This document shows positions 9,311 through 17,931 of a stretch of DNA of 64,000 bases, piece after piece. A program made the translations under genes and the position numbers. Location of the stretch: contig CAXBQP010000005.1 in the NCBI GenBank assembly GCA_963978095.1, positions 10,521-74,520 on the forward strand. The letters run 5' to 3'. The notes under the pieces are model-generated. The model made no database searches. It was not told the DNA's origin and saw only the letters and a program-made list of their open reading frames with translations. This stretch comes from an uncultured bacterium. Its GTDB lineage: Bacteria > Gemmatimonadota > Gemmatimonadetes > Gemmatimonadales > Gemmatimonadaceae. Each line of letters opens with the position of its first letter. The first letter of the stretch is position 1.

Positions 9311-11407
9311 TCACATCCGCGGCTTGGCGTCCAGGTACTTGCCGAGCCACCCGTGCATCTCCTGCCACCACAGCTGGGAATTCTGCGGCTTCTGGATCCA
9401 ATGCCCTTCGTCCGGAAAGACGACCATTCGGCTCGGTACGCCCTGCCGCTGCAAGGCGGTGAAGAGCGACAGTCCCTCCGTGTACGGGACGCGATAGTCG
9501 AGTTCGCCGTGGAACACGAGCGTGGGGGTCTTGAAATTCTTCGCGAACAGATGCGGCGAGAACTTGCGATACTGCTGCGCCATCGCCGTGCTGTTGTACC
9601 ACGGCCCGCCGAACTCGCCGTCGATGAACCACTGCTCTTCCGTTGCGCCGGCCATCGACTCGAGGTTGAACACCCCGGCGTGCGACACGAGGGCCTTGAA
9701 GCGGTTCGTGTGCCCCGCGATCCAGTTCACCATGTAGCCGCCGTAGGAGCCGCCGGCCGCAGCCATTCGCGTCGAATCGAGCCAGGGATACTTCACCAAG
9801 GCCGCATCGACCCCTTTCATGAGGTCGTCGTAAGTCTTTCCTCCCCAATCCTTCGACACCGCATCCACGAACTTCTGACCGTAGCCGGTGCTTCCATGCG
9901 GGTTGATCATCACCACGCCGTAACCGCCGGCCGCGAAGAGTTGCGGCGCCCAGCGCGACCCCCACGAATCGAGCCACGCACCCTGCGGGCCGCCATGCAC
10001 GAGCAACAGCAACGGGAACTTCTGCCCCGGCTTCCACTGCGGCGGCTTCACCAGGAATCCGTGCACGCGGTCACCGCCGGCTCCCGTGTACCAGAAATCC
10101 TCGGCTGGATGCAACGCGAACGTCGCAATCGCCGCATCATTCTCGTGCGTGATCGCGTGCGCATTGTCGATGCCGCGATCACCGAGCGTCCCCATCCACA
10201 CTTCACCGGGAAGGTCCGCTGCGTCGCGCACCCACACGATGGTGCGCCCATCCCTGGAGAGCGACGGTGCGGTGTTGTTGTGTTCCGCGGTGACCGCGAC
10301 CGGCGCCGAGGCTTTGCCGGCCGCATCGAGCACCACGCGGAAGAAGTGGTCGCGCCCACGATCGCCGGACTGAACGAGCACCGTGTGTCCATCCGCGGCG
10401 GCCACGTACCCTTCGGCCCAACGATCCCACGATGGGGTCAGCTCGCGCGAGGTCCTGGCCGCGCGATCATACGCCATCAGGCGGAACCGATCGGATTCCA
10501 GCCCCCCGCGCTTCTGCGACGCGTACACGATGTAGCGACCATCCGCGGTGTACACCGGGTTCTGGTCGTTGCCGACATTCGCCGCCGTGATGACGGTGGA
10601 CGCCCCGCCACTCACGGGCACGAGGTACAGGTTGTTGTCCGTCGTCCACGCGTCGGCACGGCCTTGATCCTTGGCAGTGTATGCGAGTTCGCGCCCGTCC
10701 GGAGCGAACGCGTACCCTTCGCTCCCGCCGAACGGACCAGGCGGCACATCGTATCGGGCCCCGGGGATCAGATCGCGCGGCGCCTCAGCGAGCCCGACCA
10801 CGAACAGATGCGACCGCGTGCCATCGTCGTACGCATTCCAGTGCCGGTACATCAGCGCGTCGGTCACGTGCGCCTTGACCGCGCGGTCCGCCACGGCCTT
10901 GGCCTTGGCCGCATTGCAGGCATCATCGCGGCACTCCGGATACACCGCCGACACGATGGCGATCCGATCCCCGGTCGGCGACCAGACCGGACCCGTTGCG
11001 CCACCCGAAAGATGCGAGAGTTGACGCGCATCGCTGCCGTCCGCATTCGCGACCCACAACTGCCCGAGCGCCACGTACGCGACTTTCGATCCGTCGGGCG
11101 CCCATCGGGCTTCACTCGCCGCCGTCCGGTCGTCCGGGAACACGCGCGCCGCGCCGCCCGCGGTCGGCATCACGAATGTCCGCGTCGTCCGACGATTGGC
11201 CGACACATCGGTCGTCCGTACCGCGTACAGTACGCGCGCGCCATCGGGGGAAAGTTGCGGATCGCTCACCGCGCGGAGCGCCGAGAAATCCTCGAAGGTC
11301 AACACCTGTTTCCCCTGCGCCTGCAGGGGGGTGAACGCGGTGGCCCAGACGAGCAGCGCACCCGTCAGGACCGTCCACCGTCTCGATGCAGCGTGCATGA
11401 ACATCAC
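9311..11407 (-). CDS. S9 family (prolyl oligo/dipeptidyl) peptidase, secreted
   Basis: Signal peptide, PD40-like propeller repeats, HGGP, GGSYGG nucleophile, D-RV and DEGH. Confidence 0.93.
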   Translation of the reverse strand: MMFMHAASRRWTVLTGALLVWATAFTPLQAQGKQVLTFEDFSALRAVSDPQLSPDGARVLYAVRTTDVSANRRTTRTFVMPTAGGAARVFPDDRTAASEARWAPDGSKVAYVALGQLWVANADGSDARQLSHLSGGATGPVWSPTGDRIAIVSAVYPECRDDACNAAKAKAVADRAVKAHVTDALMYRHWNAYDDGTRSHLFVVGLAEAPRDLIPGARYDVPPGPFGGSEGYAFAPDGRELAYTAKDQGRADAWTTDNNLYLVPVSGGASTVITAANVGNDQNPVYTADGRYIVYASQKRGGLESDRFRLMAYDRAARTSRELTPSWDRWAEGYVAAADGHTVLVQSGDRGRDHFFRVVLDAAGKASAPVAVTAEHNNTAPSLSRDGRTIVWVRDAADLPGEVWMGTLGDRGIDNAHAITHENDAAIATFALHPAEDFWYTGAGGDRVHGFLVKPPQWKPGQKFPLLLLVHGGPQGAWLDSWGSRWAPQLFAAGGYGVVMINPHGSTGYGQKFVDAVSKDWGGKTYDDLMKGVDAALVKYPWLDSTRMAAAGGSYGGYMVNWIAGHTNRFKALVSHAGVFNLESMAGATEEQWFIDGEFGGPWYNSTAMAQQYRKFSPHLFAKNFKTPTLVFHGELDYRVPYTEGLSLFTALQRQGVPSRMVVFPDEGHWIQKPQNSQLWWQEMHGWLGKYLDAKPRM

Positions 11408-11494
11408 CTCGCGGAAATCACCAGGGAAGCATCAGGAAAATGCGTCGAGTGGCAGAAACGCGGCCCGCGCCGCCTCCGCCGCTCGGTGTCTGCG

Positions 11495-12490
11495 TCATGT
11501 CGGACTCCCGGTCAGCGTCATGTCCCAGCGATGCGTCTCGCCAGGGGCGAGCCAGCGGGCGTTCCCGTCATCGACGGCAGCCGCCAAGGAGCCGAACGCG
11601 GAGAAACAGGGTTCGAGCGCGAAGTTGCAGTACGCCGCACGACGCCGCCTCGTGACGCGTGCCCACAGGGAGCGGCGCTTCGGGAATGGCGACCACCCGC
11701 CGCGATTCAACCAGAGTCCCACCCAGGGCGTCTGGGCGCCGTGCACCGTGAAGGCGAGCCGCACGCCCTCTTGTACGATGCCGAGCGTCGTGGGCTGTGG
11801 CGGCACGCCGACGAACAGCATGCATGCCTGCCCCCGCTCCAGGCCCACGAAGGGACGGGTCAGGTCGCGCGGCACCCCGCCGACCATCACGTGCGGCCAA
11901 ACGCGCCCCTCGATCGGCGCGGCCGCTGTCCCACCGGCGACAGCCGCGTGCGGCATGCCATGGTGCGCGTCGATCCGGATCGCCGCGCCTTCCGGAAGCT
12001 CGATGCGCGTATCCGGAGTCAGCGGAAAGAGCGGATGCGTCGCCCACTGGAACGGCCGCCGCTCGCTCCCGGTATTGGTCAGCGCGTACGCGAAGCGGAC
12101 CGCCCCCGACGGGGTCACCGTCACCGTGCGCCGCGCAAGGAACGGATAGGCGCGGCCCGTCCACTCACAGGTCGCGCGCTGTCCGTCCGGGAGCGTTTCG
12201 ATGGCCACCGCGGCGCGCTGCGACCACAGATCGCCGTGATCGACCAGCACGGCCGCATCCAACGTACACGGCGCGATGGTCGGCGCGCATTCATCCCATC
12301 CGCCGGAATCGGCGGCCAACACGTACGATGTCGCATCGGCCGGCGGCACCGCAAAGGGAATCTCCGGATTGTGCCACAGCCACTGGCGGCCGGCGATCGT
12401 CAGGTCCCGAATCCGGCCGCCGAGCGCTGGCAACAGGACCACGCGCGATCCCCCGCCATGCAACTCGGCGAATCCGAGCGCGTCAGCCAA
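11495..12490 (-). CDS. Galactose mutarotase-like (aldose 1-epimerase fold) protein
   Basis: GGWDECAPT, DHGDLW, WATHP, ALEPC. Probable TTG start at 12490. Confidence 0.75.
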   Translation of the reverse strand: MADALGFAELHGGGSRVVLLPALGGRIRDLTIAGRQWLWHNPEIPFAVPPADATSYVLAADSGGWDECAPTIAPCTLDAAVLVDHGDLWSQRAAVAIETLPDGQRATCEWTGRAYPFLARRTVTVTPSGAVRFAYALTNTGSERRPFQWATHPLFPLTPDTRIELPEGAAIRIDAHHGMPHAAVAGGTAAAPIEGRVWPHVMVGGVPRDLTRPFVGLERGQACMLFVGVPPQPTTLGIVQEGVRLAFTVHGAQTPWVGLWLNRGGWSPFPKRRSLWARVTRRRRAAYCNFALEPCFSAFGSLAAAVDDGNARWLAPGETHRWDMTLTGSPT

Positions 12491-13700
12491 TCGTGGCCGG
12501 GTCCACGCCCCGACTCGCAAAGACGCGCGCGACCGATTCCCCGATCTTGTTGTTCGGCGTACTCGCTCCCGCGGTGAGCCCCACGCGGATCGGCCCTTCC
12601 TTGGCCAGCCACCCCGCGGTCTCGATCTCCGTCGTGGTGCCGGGTGCCATGTGACGCACCGACCCACGCTCGACATCCAGGCACGACGCATCCGCCACGT
12701 GATACGTCGTGACCCGCTCCGCACACAGCGCCGCGAGCGAAATGGTGTTGCTCGAGTTGTAGCCGCCGACCACGAGCATCACGTCGAGTGGTTCGCGCAG
12801 CAGTTCGTTCACGGCATCCTGACGATCCTGCGTGGCACTGCAGATCGTATCGAAGGTGCGGAAGTGCTCACGCACCGCCGCCTCCCCGTAACGACGTGCC
12901 ATCGCCTGCCCGACCTCCACGCCGATCGCCAGCGATTCGCGCGCGAGCATCGTCGTCTGGTTGGCCACGCCGATGCGCTGCAGATGCACATCCGGGTCGA
13001 AGTGCGGACTCGCGCATTTCGCGTACTTGGAGAGGAAGGCATCCCGCGACATCCCGCGCCCTTCGATGTAGGCGCACACCTCCTGCGCCTGCTCCATGTT
13101 GCGCACCACCAGGTAGCTGCCGCCGGGATACCGCTCCACCTGCGACGCCGTCGCACGCGTTTCCTCATGGTAGTACTTGCCATGGATCAGCGACGTGTAG
13201 CCGTCACGTGCGTACGCATCCACCCGCTTCCACACATTCAGCACCGAGCCGCAGGTGGTGTCGACCATCACACACCCGATGGTACGGAGCGTCTCGAAAT
13301 CCCCGATCGTCACGCCGAACGCCGGGAGGATCACCACGTGCTCCGGGCGCACCTGGGAGTAATCGAACCCCGTGTCGCTGGCCGAGAGGAACTCGATCCC
13401 CATCTCGCTCAGCTTGTTGTTGACATGCGGGTTGTGGATGATCTCCCCCGCCAGGAAGATCCGGCGGTCCGGAAACTTGGCACGCGCCTGGTACGCGTAT
13501 TCCACCGCACGCTCCACGCCGTAGCAGAAGCCGAACTCCTTGGCCAAGCGCACGGTGACCCCCCCGGCATCGAGCGTGTAGTCGCGCGAGCGGAGGAGAT
13601 CCACCAGGCGACCGGTATAGTCGCTGGCGAGCGAGTCCTGGATCTCGGACTTGAGCCCGAATCCCTTGCGGTAATAAGTGGAGGGATCGCTGGTCGGCAT
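12483..13700 (-). CDS. ispH: 4-hydroxy-3-methylbut-2-enyl diphosphate reductase
   Basis: FGFCYGVERA, EIIHNP, DTTC, HGKYYHEE, DTICSATQDRQ, GGYNSSNT, TAGASTP. Confidence 0.95.
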   Translation of the reverse strand: MPTSDPSTYYRKGFGLKSEIQDSLASDYTGRLVDLLRSRDYTLDAGGVTVRLAKEFGFCYGVERAVEYAYQARAKFPDRRIFLAGEIIHNPHVNNKLSEMGIEFLSASDTGFDYSQVRPEHVVILPAFGVTIGDFETLRTIGCVMVDTTCGSVLNVWKRVDAYARDGYTSLIHGKYYHEETRATASQVERYPGGSYLVVRNMEQAQEVCAYIEGRGMSRDAFLSKYAKCASPHFDPDVHLQRIGVANQTTMLARESLAIGVEVGQAMARRYGEAAVREHFRTFDTICSATQDRQDAVNELLREPLDVMLVVGGYNSSNTISLAALCAERVTTYHVADASCLDVERGSVRHMAPGTTTEIETAGWLAKEGPIRVGLTAGASTPNNKIGESVARVFASRGVDPATIG

Positions 13701-13765
13701 CGTCGGGGAAAGATAGCCGGAACGGAGGGATTCTGCCGCGCCCCGGTGGGGCGGCGACGCCCCCG

Positions 13766-14215
13766 TCACGCACTGAGCCGCAACAACCGCTCCCGCACAT
13801 CGTCCGGGAGCGGCTGCGGAGTCATGGACTCCTTGTGGACGCTCACGACCGTCAACGCGCCACTGGCCCGGTGCAGCAAGTCCTCCGCGCGGTGCACGTC
13901 GAACCGGATCGTGATCGCCGTCCGGCCGATTCGCGCGAACCAGCTCCGGATCACCACGGCTTCGTCGAGTTCCGCCGGCGAGTGGAACTCCATCTCGAGC
14001 GCCTTGCGCGGGATCCAGACGCCGCGCCCCAGGCGAAGCTCGCGGAAGGGAAGCCCCGCCGCCCGAAACAACTCCTCCTCTCCGACCTGAAAGAGTCGAA
14101 TGTACGCCCCGTAATAGATGATCCCGAACGGATCGCTGTCGCTCCAGCGCACCCGCTCCGGCGTCTCCACCGCACAGGCCGGCGGCGGCGCATGCAACAA
14201 CGATTGACGGGTCAT
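13766..14215 (-). CDS. Acyl-CoA thioesterase (4HBT/YbgC family)
   Basis: VRWSDSDPFGIIYYGAY hot-dog motif. ATG 14215. Confidence 0.88.
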   Translation of the reverse strand: MTRQSLLHAPPPACAVETPERVRWSDSDPFGIIYYGAYIRLFQVGEEELFRAAGLPFRELRLGRGVWIPRKALEMEFHSPAELDEAVVIRSWFARIGRTAITIRFDVHRAEDLLHRASGALTVVSVHKESMTPQPLPDDVRERLLRLSA

Positions 14216-14421
14216 GGCTGTCCTTCCTGGCGGTTCATGGTAGGGGAAACCCCTATACTGGGTACGCAGGTTGTCCGACACCTTGGACACCACCAACCGA
14301 TACCCTACGGAGGCAGTGGTCTCGTGTCCGACCGGCACGCCTTTCCTCCATTATACGCGCGGAACTCCGTGACTGCGTATCCCAACGTGCTCGCCCTGCC
14401 GATCGCCGCCGCCGACTCCGC

Positions 14422-14961
14422 TCAGCCCCAGTATGCCGGCGTGAGAAACGGGGCGAGTGCGTACGTCACCAGGACCTCATACGCCCGCTGCCGATCCACC
14501 AGCCCGGCGGTCAGGATCCCGACGGCCCCGGCCCCGTGCTTGGTGTTGTGCTGCGCGACCAGCGCGTCCATGGCGTGGCCCAACTCCATGCCCGACCGGA
14601 CCATGGCCGCGACACTCGGCGGCAACGGCATCGCCAGCGAGCCGCCCGTCCCGACGCGGCCGGTTCGGTCGACCACCACCGCCCACGCGCAGCACCGCAT
14701 CCCCGAGGTACTGTCCACGCAGCCCCCCTCGATCCCCACCGCCAGGTCCGCACCGGTGGCGGCAAGTGCCGCGTCCGCCCGATTGCGTGCCCCCCGGATC
14801 GTCTCCTCGTCGCCCATTGGCTGGTCGGGGACCTGCGACGGCACGGAAATGCTGGTAACGTGTGCATGGGCCGTGAGAGGTTCGAGCACGGCGCGCGCTG
14901 CCGCTACCTTCACGGGGTTCGTGGAGCCGACGGCGATGGTGCGGATGTCGGAGAGCAGCAT
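14422..14961 (-). CDS. yjjX: Inosine/xanthosine triphosphatase
   Basis: GSTNPVKV, SQVPDQPMG, GARNRA, GIEGG, GAVGILT. Confidence 0.9.
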   Translation of the reverse strand: MLLSDIRTIAVGSTNPVKVAAARAVLEPLTAHAHVTSISVPSQVPDQPMGDEETIRGARNRADAALAATGADLAVGIEGGCVDSTSGMRCCAWAVVVDRTGRVGTGGSLAMPLPPSVAAMVRSGMELGHAMDALVAQHNTKHGAGAVGILTAGLVDRQRAYEVLVTYALAPFLTPAYWG

Positions 14962-15057
14962 GGGTTCGCAGGTCCAGTTCGAGAAACGACGACGCCTGGT
15001 CGATGGCGTCCCGAAACTTACGTCGAGATTCCCTACCCCTTACACCCCGATCCAGTC

Positions 15058-15717
15058 ATGACGTCCATCCTCCCGCCCGTCGCGACCGTCCTCGAGTCGA
15101 CACCGGATTCGCTGATTTTCGTCGGGGAGCGACTCTGGCTCGATTTCGTCAACAGTGACGACGCGGTCCGCTCGCGCCGTCCTGGCCGGAACGACGCCCT
15201 CGACTCCTTCGACGGCTTCATCGGATGGCTCTCGGCCGCTCGCGTCCTCGACGCGGAACGGTCGGCCGCCATGCGCCGCCGCGCGCACCAACAACCCACC
15301 GCCGCGAGCGCCGCGGTCCACGAGGCACGACGCATCCGGAACGTCCTGCGGGCGCTCGCCGAGAAGGGCACCGACCCGAACGACCGGGCCACGCAACTGG
15401 CCATCGGCGAGATCAACCGCATCCTCGGCCGGAGCGCGGGCACGCGCCGCGTGGAACCGCGGGCCGACGGCGGATTCGTGCGCAACTTCGTCACCGTCGG
15501 CGATGTGTTCGCCGGCCTGTTGATCCCCGTGATCGAGTCCGCGGCCGACGCGCTCGTCTCGGGCGAACTGCTGCGCGTCCGCCGATGCGCCGACGTCCGC
15601 TGCGCGCGGGTCTTCTTCGATGCCAGCCGCAACGGCAAGCGCCGCTGGTGCGACATGGCGACCTGCGGCAACCGCGCCAAGGCCGCGCGGCACCGCGTCA
15701 AGCTCAAGCGGGGGTGA
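15058..15717 (+). CDS. ABATE/CGNR zinc-finger protein
   Basis: LWLDFVNS at the N-terminus and CADVRC...DASRNGKRRWCDMATCGNRAK at the C-terminus. Confidence 0.92.
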   Translation: MTSILPPVATVLESTPDSLIFVGERLWLDFVNSDDAVRSRRPGRNDALDSFDGFIGWLSAARVLDAERSAAMRRRAHQQPTAASAAVHEARRIRNVLRALAEKGTDPNDRATQLAIGEINRILGRSAGTRRVEPRADGGFVRNFVTVGDVFAGLLIPVIESAADALVSGELLRVRRCADVRCARVFFDASRNGKRRWCDMATCGNRAKAARHRVKLKRG

Positions 15718-16354
15718 GCACCGCCGCGTCGTCCGTCACCACGTCCTCGTCCAGCGCACGGGCCGCCGCCTGCGCGTCACGCGGCTTGATGTATCCCATC
15801 TCCACCGCGTAGCCCACCAGCTCCTTCTGCAGGATACGACGGCCGCGGAACAGCCGTGACTTCACCGTGCCTTCCGGCACCTGCAAGACCTCGGCGATCT
15901 CCGCGTACCGCATGCCGTGCAGGTCGCTCATGACGACCGCCGCCCGATACTCGTCCGGGAGATTGGCGAGCGCCCCCGTGATTTCCTCGTCGAGGAAGGA
16001 ATCGTAGAACGCCCCTTCCGGGTTCGCATCGCCCACCGCGTTCATCAACGCCCAGCCATCCTCGTCCTCCGGCGCCTGCACCTCGCGGGCGTCCACCCGG
16101 CGCTTGCGGCTCACGAACACATGGTACAGGATCGTGAACAGCCACGCGCGGATGTTCGTCCCGAGCCGGTACTGCTCCCACCGCTGGAACGCGCGGAGCA
16201 TGGTGTCCGACACCAGATCCTCGGCGTCGTCACGGGCCTTGGTGAGCTTCAGCGCAAAGCTGTACAACGCTTCGAGCTGGGCGAGTGCTTCCTGGTCAAA
16301 CCGGGCGCGCTGCGGATCGCGCGGCGCGAGCCCCGTCAAAACGTTGGCGGTCAT
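15704..16354 (-). CDS. ECF sigma-70 family RNA polymerase sigma factor
   Basis: DAEDLVSDT, AWLFTI, YAEIAEVLQVPEGTVKSRLFRGR. Confidence 0.93.
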   Translation of the reverse strand: MTANVLTGLAPRDPQRARFDQEALAQLEALYSFALKLTKARDDAEDLVSDTMLRAFQRWEQYRLGTNIRAWLFTILYHVFVSRKRRVDAREVQAPEDEDGWALMNAVGDANPEGAFYDSFLDEEITGALANLPDEYRAAVVMSDLHGMRYAEIAEVLQVPEGTVKSRLFRGRRILQKELVGYAVEMGYIKPRDAQAAARALDEDVVTDDAAVLTPA

Positions 16355-16947
16355 TGAACGGTCATGGGCTTCTGGTGACTGGCGACGAACCGCTTGAGAT
16401 CCAATCCGACTCCCTGCACGATGCCAACCTCCCGCTTCATGCGGGCCATCTGCGTCGCCCCCTCAAGGGTCGAGATGATGAACCGCGCGAGCCGCTGCGA
16501 CGACACATCCGGGCTCAGGTCGTCCTGCGCTTCCTCGATCACGGTCTGCAGTTGGCCGCTCCACACGCGGAACATTTGCGCGATCCGGAGGCGAAACCCC
16601 TCATCGAGGTCACCCATCTCGGTCGCCAAGGCGCCGAACGGCGACCGGCACCGATCCGGTGCCTCCAGCTGCAGCTCGACGATGGCATCGATGAACGCAT
16701 ACAACCGCTCCATCGGCGGACGCATCGCGTCGCGCAGGATCGCGAGGCCGCGCTCCGCGACCAGGTCGAACTGCCGCGTGATGACCTCATGTCCAAGCTG
16801 CTCCTTGGACGAGAAGTAGTGGTAGAAGTGGCTCTTGCCACTCAGTCCCGCACAGCTGATCAGCTCATCCACCGAGGTCTTGGCAAAGCCCTTGGTGCCG
16901 ATGAGGTCAGCGGCCGCGTCGAGGATCTGTAAGCGTCGAGTGTTCAC
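16351..16947 (-). CDS. TetR/AcrR family transcriptional regulator
   Basis: N-terminal HTH (KGFAKTSVDELI...GKSHFYHYFSSKEQL). The stop overlaps the sigma factor ATG. Confidence 0.92.
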   Translation of the reverse strand: MNTRRLQILDAAADLIGTKGFAKTSVDELISCAGLSGKSHFYHYFSSKEQLGHEVITRQFDLVAERGLAILRDAMRPPMERLYAFIDAIVELQLEAPDRCRSPFGALATEMGDLDEGFRLRIAQMFRVWSGQLQTVIEEAQDDLSPDVSSQRLARFIISTLEGATQMARMKREVGIVQGVGLDLKRFVASHQKPMTVQ

Positions 16948-16957
16948 GACCTGAAAT

Positions 16958-16975
16958 TAGGACTATCGAGTCCTA
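16958..16975. promoter_or_regulatory. Palindromic operator 1 (putative TetR site), overlapping the -35/-10 spacer
   Basis: TAGGACT-ATCG-AGTCCTA. The minus strand reads TTGTTT-17 nt-TAATTT-6 nt-GTG start. Confidence 0.75.
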
Positions 16976-17036
16976 AAAACAAGTGGAACACTCGGAATTG
17001 CTATAACACTATACAATACATAGAGTTACCATCAAC

Positions 17037-17054
17037 TAGGACCAAACGGTCCTA
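17037..17054. promoter_or_regulatory. Palindromic operator 2 (putative TetR site)
   Basis: TAGGACC-AAAC-GGTCCTA, the same consensus as operator 1, 79 bp away. Confidence 0.7.
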
Positions 17055-17058
17055 CGTG

Positions 17059-17931
17059 TCAGACCGTGCAGAGTTCTGCCGCCTGACGGAGCGACACCAT
17101 CGGATCACGGCGCGGCACGAACTCATGCGCGAAATACCCGCCGTAACCCGCGTCGGCGATCACCTGCGCCACGCGACGGTAGTTCAGCTCCTGCGTCTCG
17201 TCGATCTCGTTCCGTCCCGGCACGCCGCCGGTGTGGAAGTGCCCGATGTACGGAAGGTTCGCCTTGATCGTGTCGATGACGTTCCCCTCCATGATCTGCA
17301 TGTGGTAGATGTCGAACAGCAGCTTCACGCGCGGTGAGCCCACCCCCTTCACCACCGCCGCGCCGAAGGCGGTGCTGTCGGCCTGATAGTCCTTGTGATC
17401 CACCTTGCTGTTCAGCAACTCGAGGCAGAGCGTCACCCCGTGCTTTTCGGCGAGCGGTGCCAACCGCTTCAGCCCGACGATGCAGTTCCCCACCCCCTCG
17501 GCGTCGCCCATCCCGCCGCGGTTGCCGCTGAAGCACACGATGTTCGGCACCCCGGCCGCCGCGGCCGCGGGGATCATCCGCTCGGCGTCGGCCACGAGCT
17601 GGTCGTGCTGGTTCGGTCGGTTGAAGCCCTTGGGGATCGTGCCGAATCCATTGGCCATGGCGCATACGAGCCCGTGCTGCTTGGGCACGAGCCAGTCCTT
17701 TTCGTCGAGCAGGTCGATCGCCGCCAAGCCCATTCCCTTGGCGGCGATGCACAACTCATCGAGCGTGCTCCGGCCGTAGCACCACCGGCTGACGCTCTGC
17801 TTGAGCCGACCGGCGCGGACCTGCACCGCGCGCATCGGTTCACCCGCTCCCGTTGCACGCGCGGCAGACACCGGGACAGCGCCCATCACCGCCGCGCCGG
17901 CGAGCGCACTCAGCGCATCACGCCGCTTCAC
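17059..17931 (-). CDS. Tat-exported hydroxypyruvate isomerase-like / sugar phosphate isomerase TIM-barrel protein
   Basis: MKRRDAL Tat signal, LELLNSKVDH, FDIYHMQIMEG, HFHTGGVPGRNE. Start GTG 17931. Confidence 0.88.
   Translation of the reverse strand: MKRRDALSALAGAAVMGAVPVSAARATGAGEPMRAVQVRAGRLKQSVSRWCYGRSTLDELCIAAKGMGLAAIDLLDEKDWLVPKQHGLVCAMANGFGTIPKGFNRPNQHDQLVADAERMIPAAAAAGVPNIVCFSGNRGGMGDAEGVGNCIVGLKRLAPLAEKHGVTLCLELLNSKVDHKDYQADSTAFGAAVVKGVGSPRVKLLFDIYHMQIMEGNVIDTIKANLPYIGHFHTGGVPGRNEIDETQELNYRRVAQVIADAGYGGYFAHEFVPRRDPMVSLRQAAELCTV

Noticed and set aside
9233..12577. 1114-aa plus-strand ORF, and similar giant ORFs (21036-24266 +, 28003-30009 +, 34241-36877 -, 39755-42178 +)
   Set aside because: These are antisense shadows of well-supported genes in high-GC DNA, with Arg/Pro/His-rich composition and no recognisable motifs.
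16981..17036. AT-rich patch as a foreign insertion
   Set aside because: It is only about 55 bp and lies between two operators, consistent with promoter DNA.
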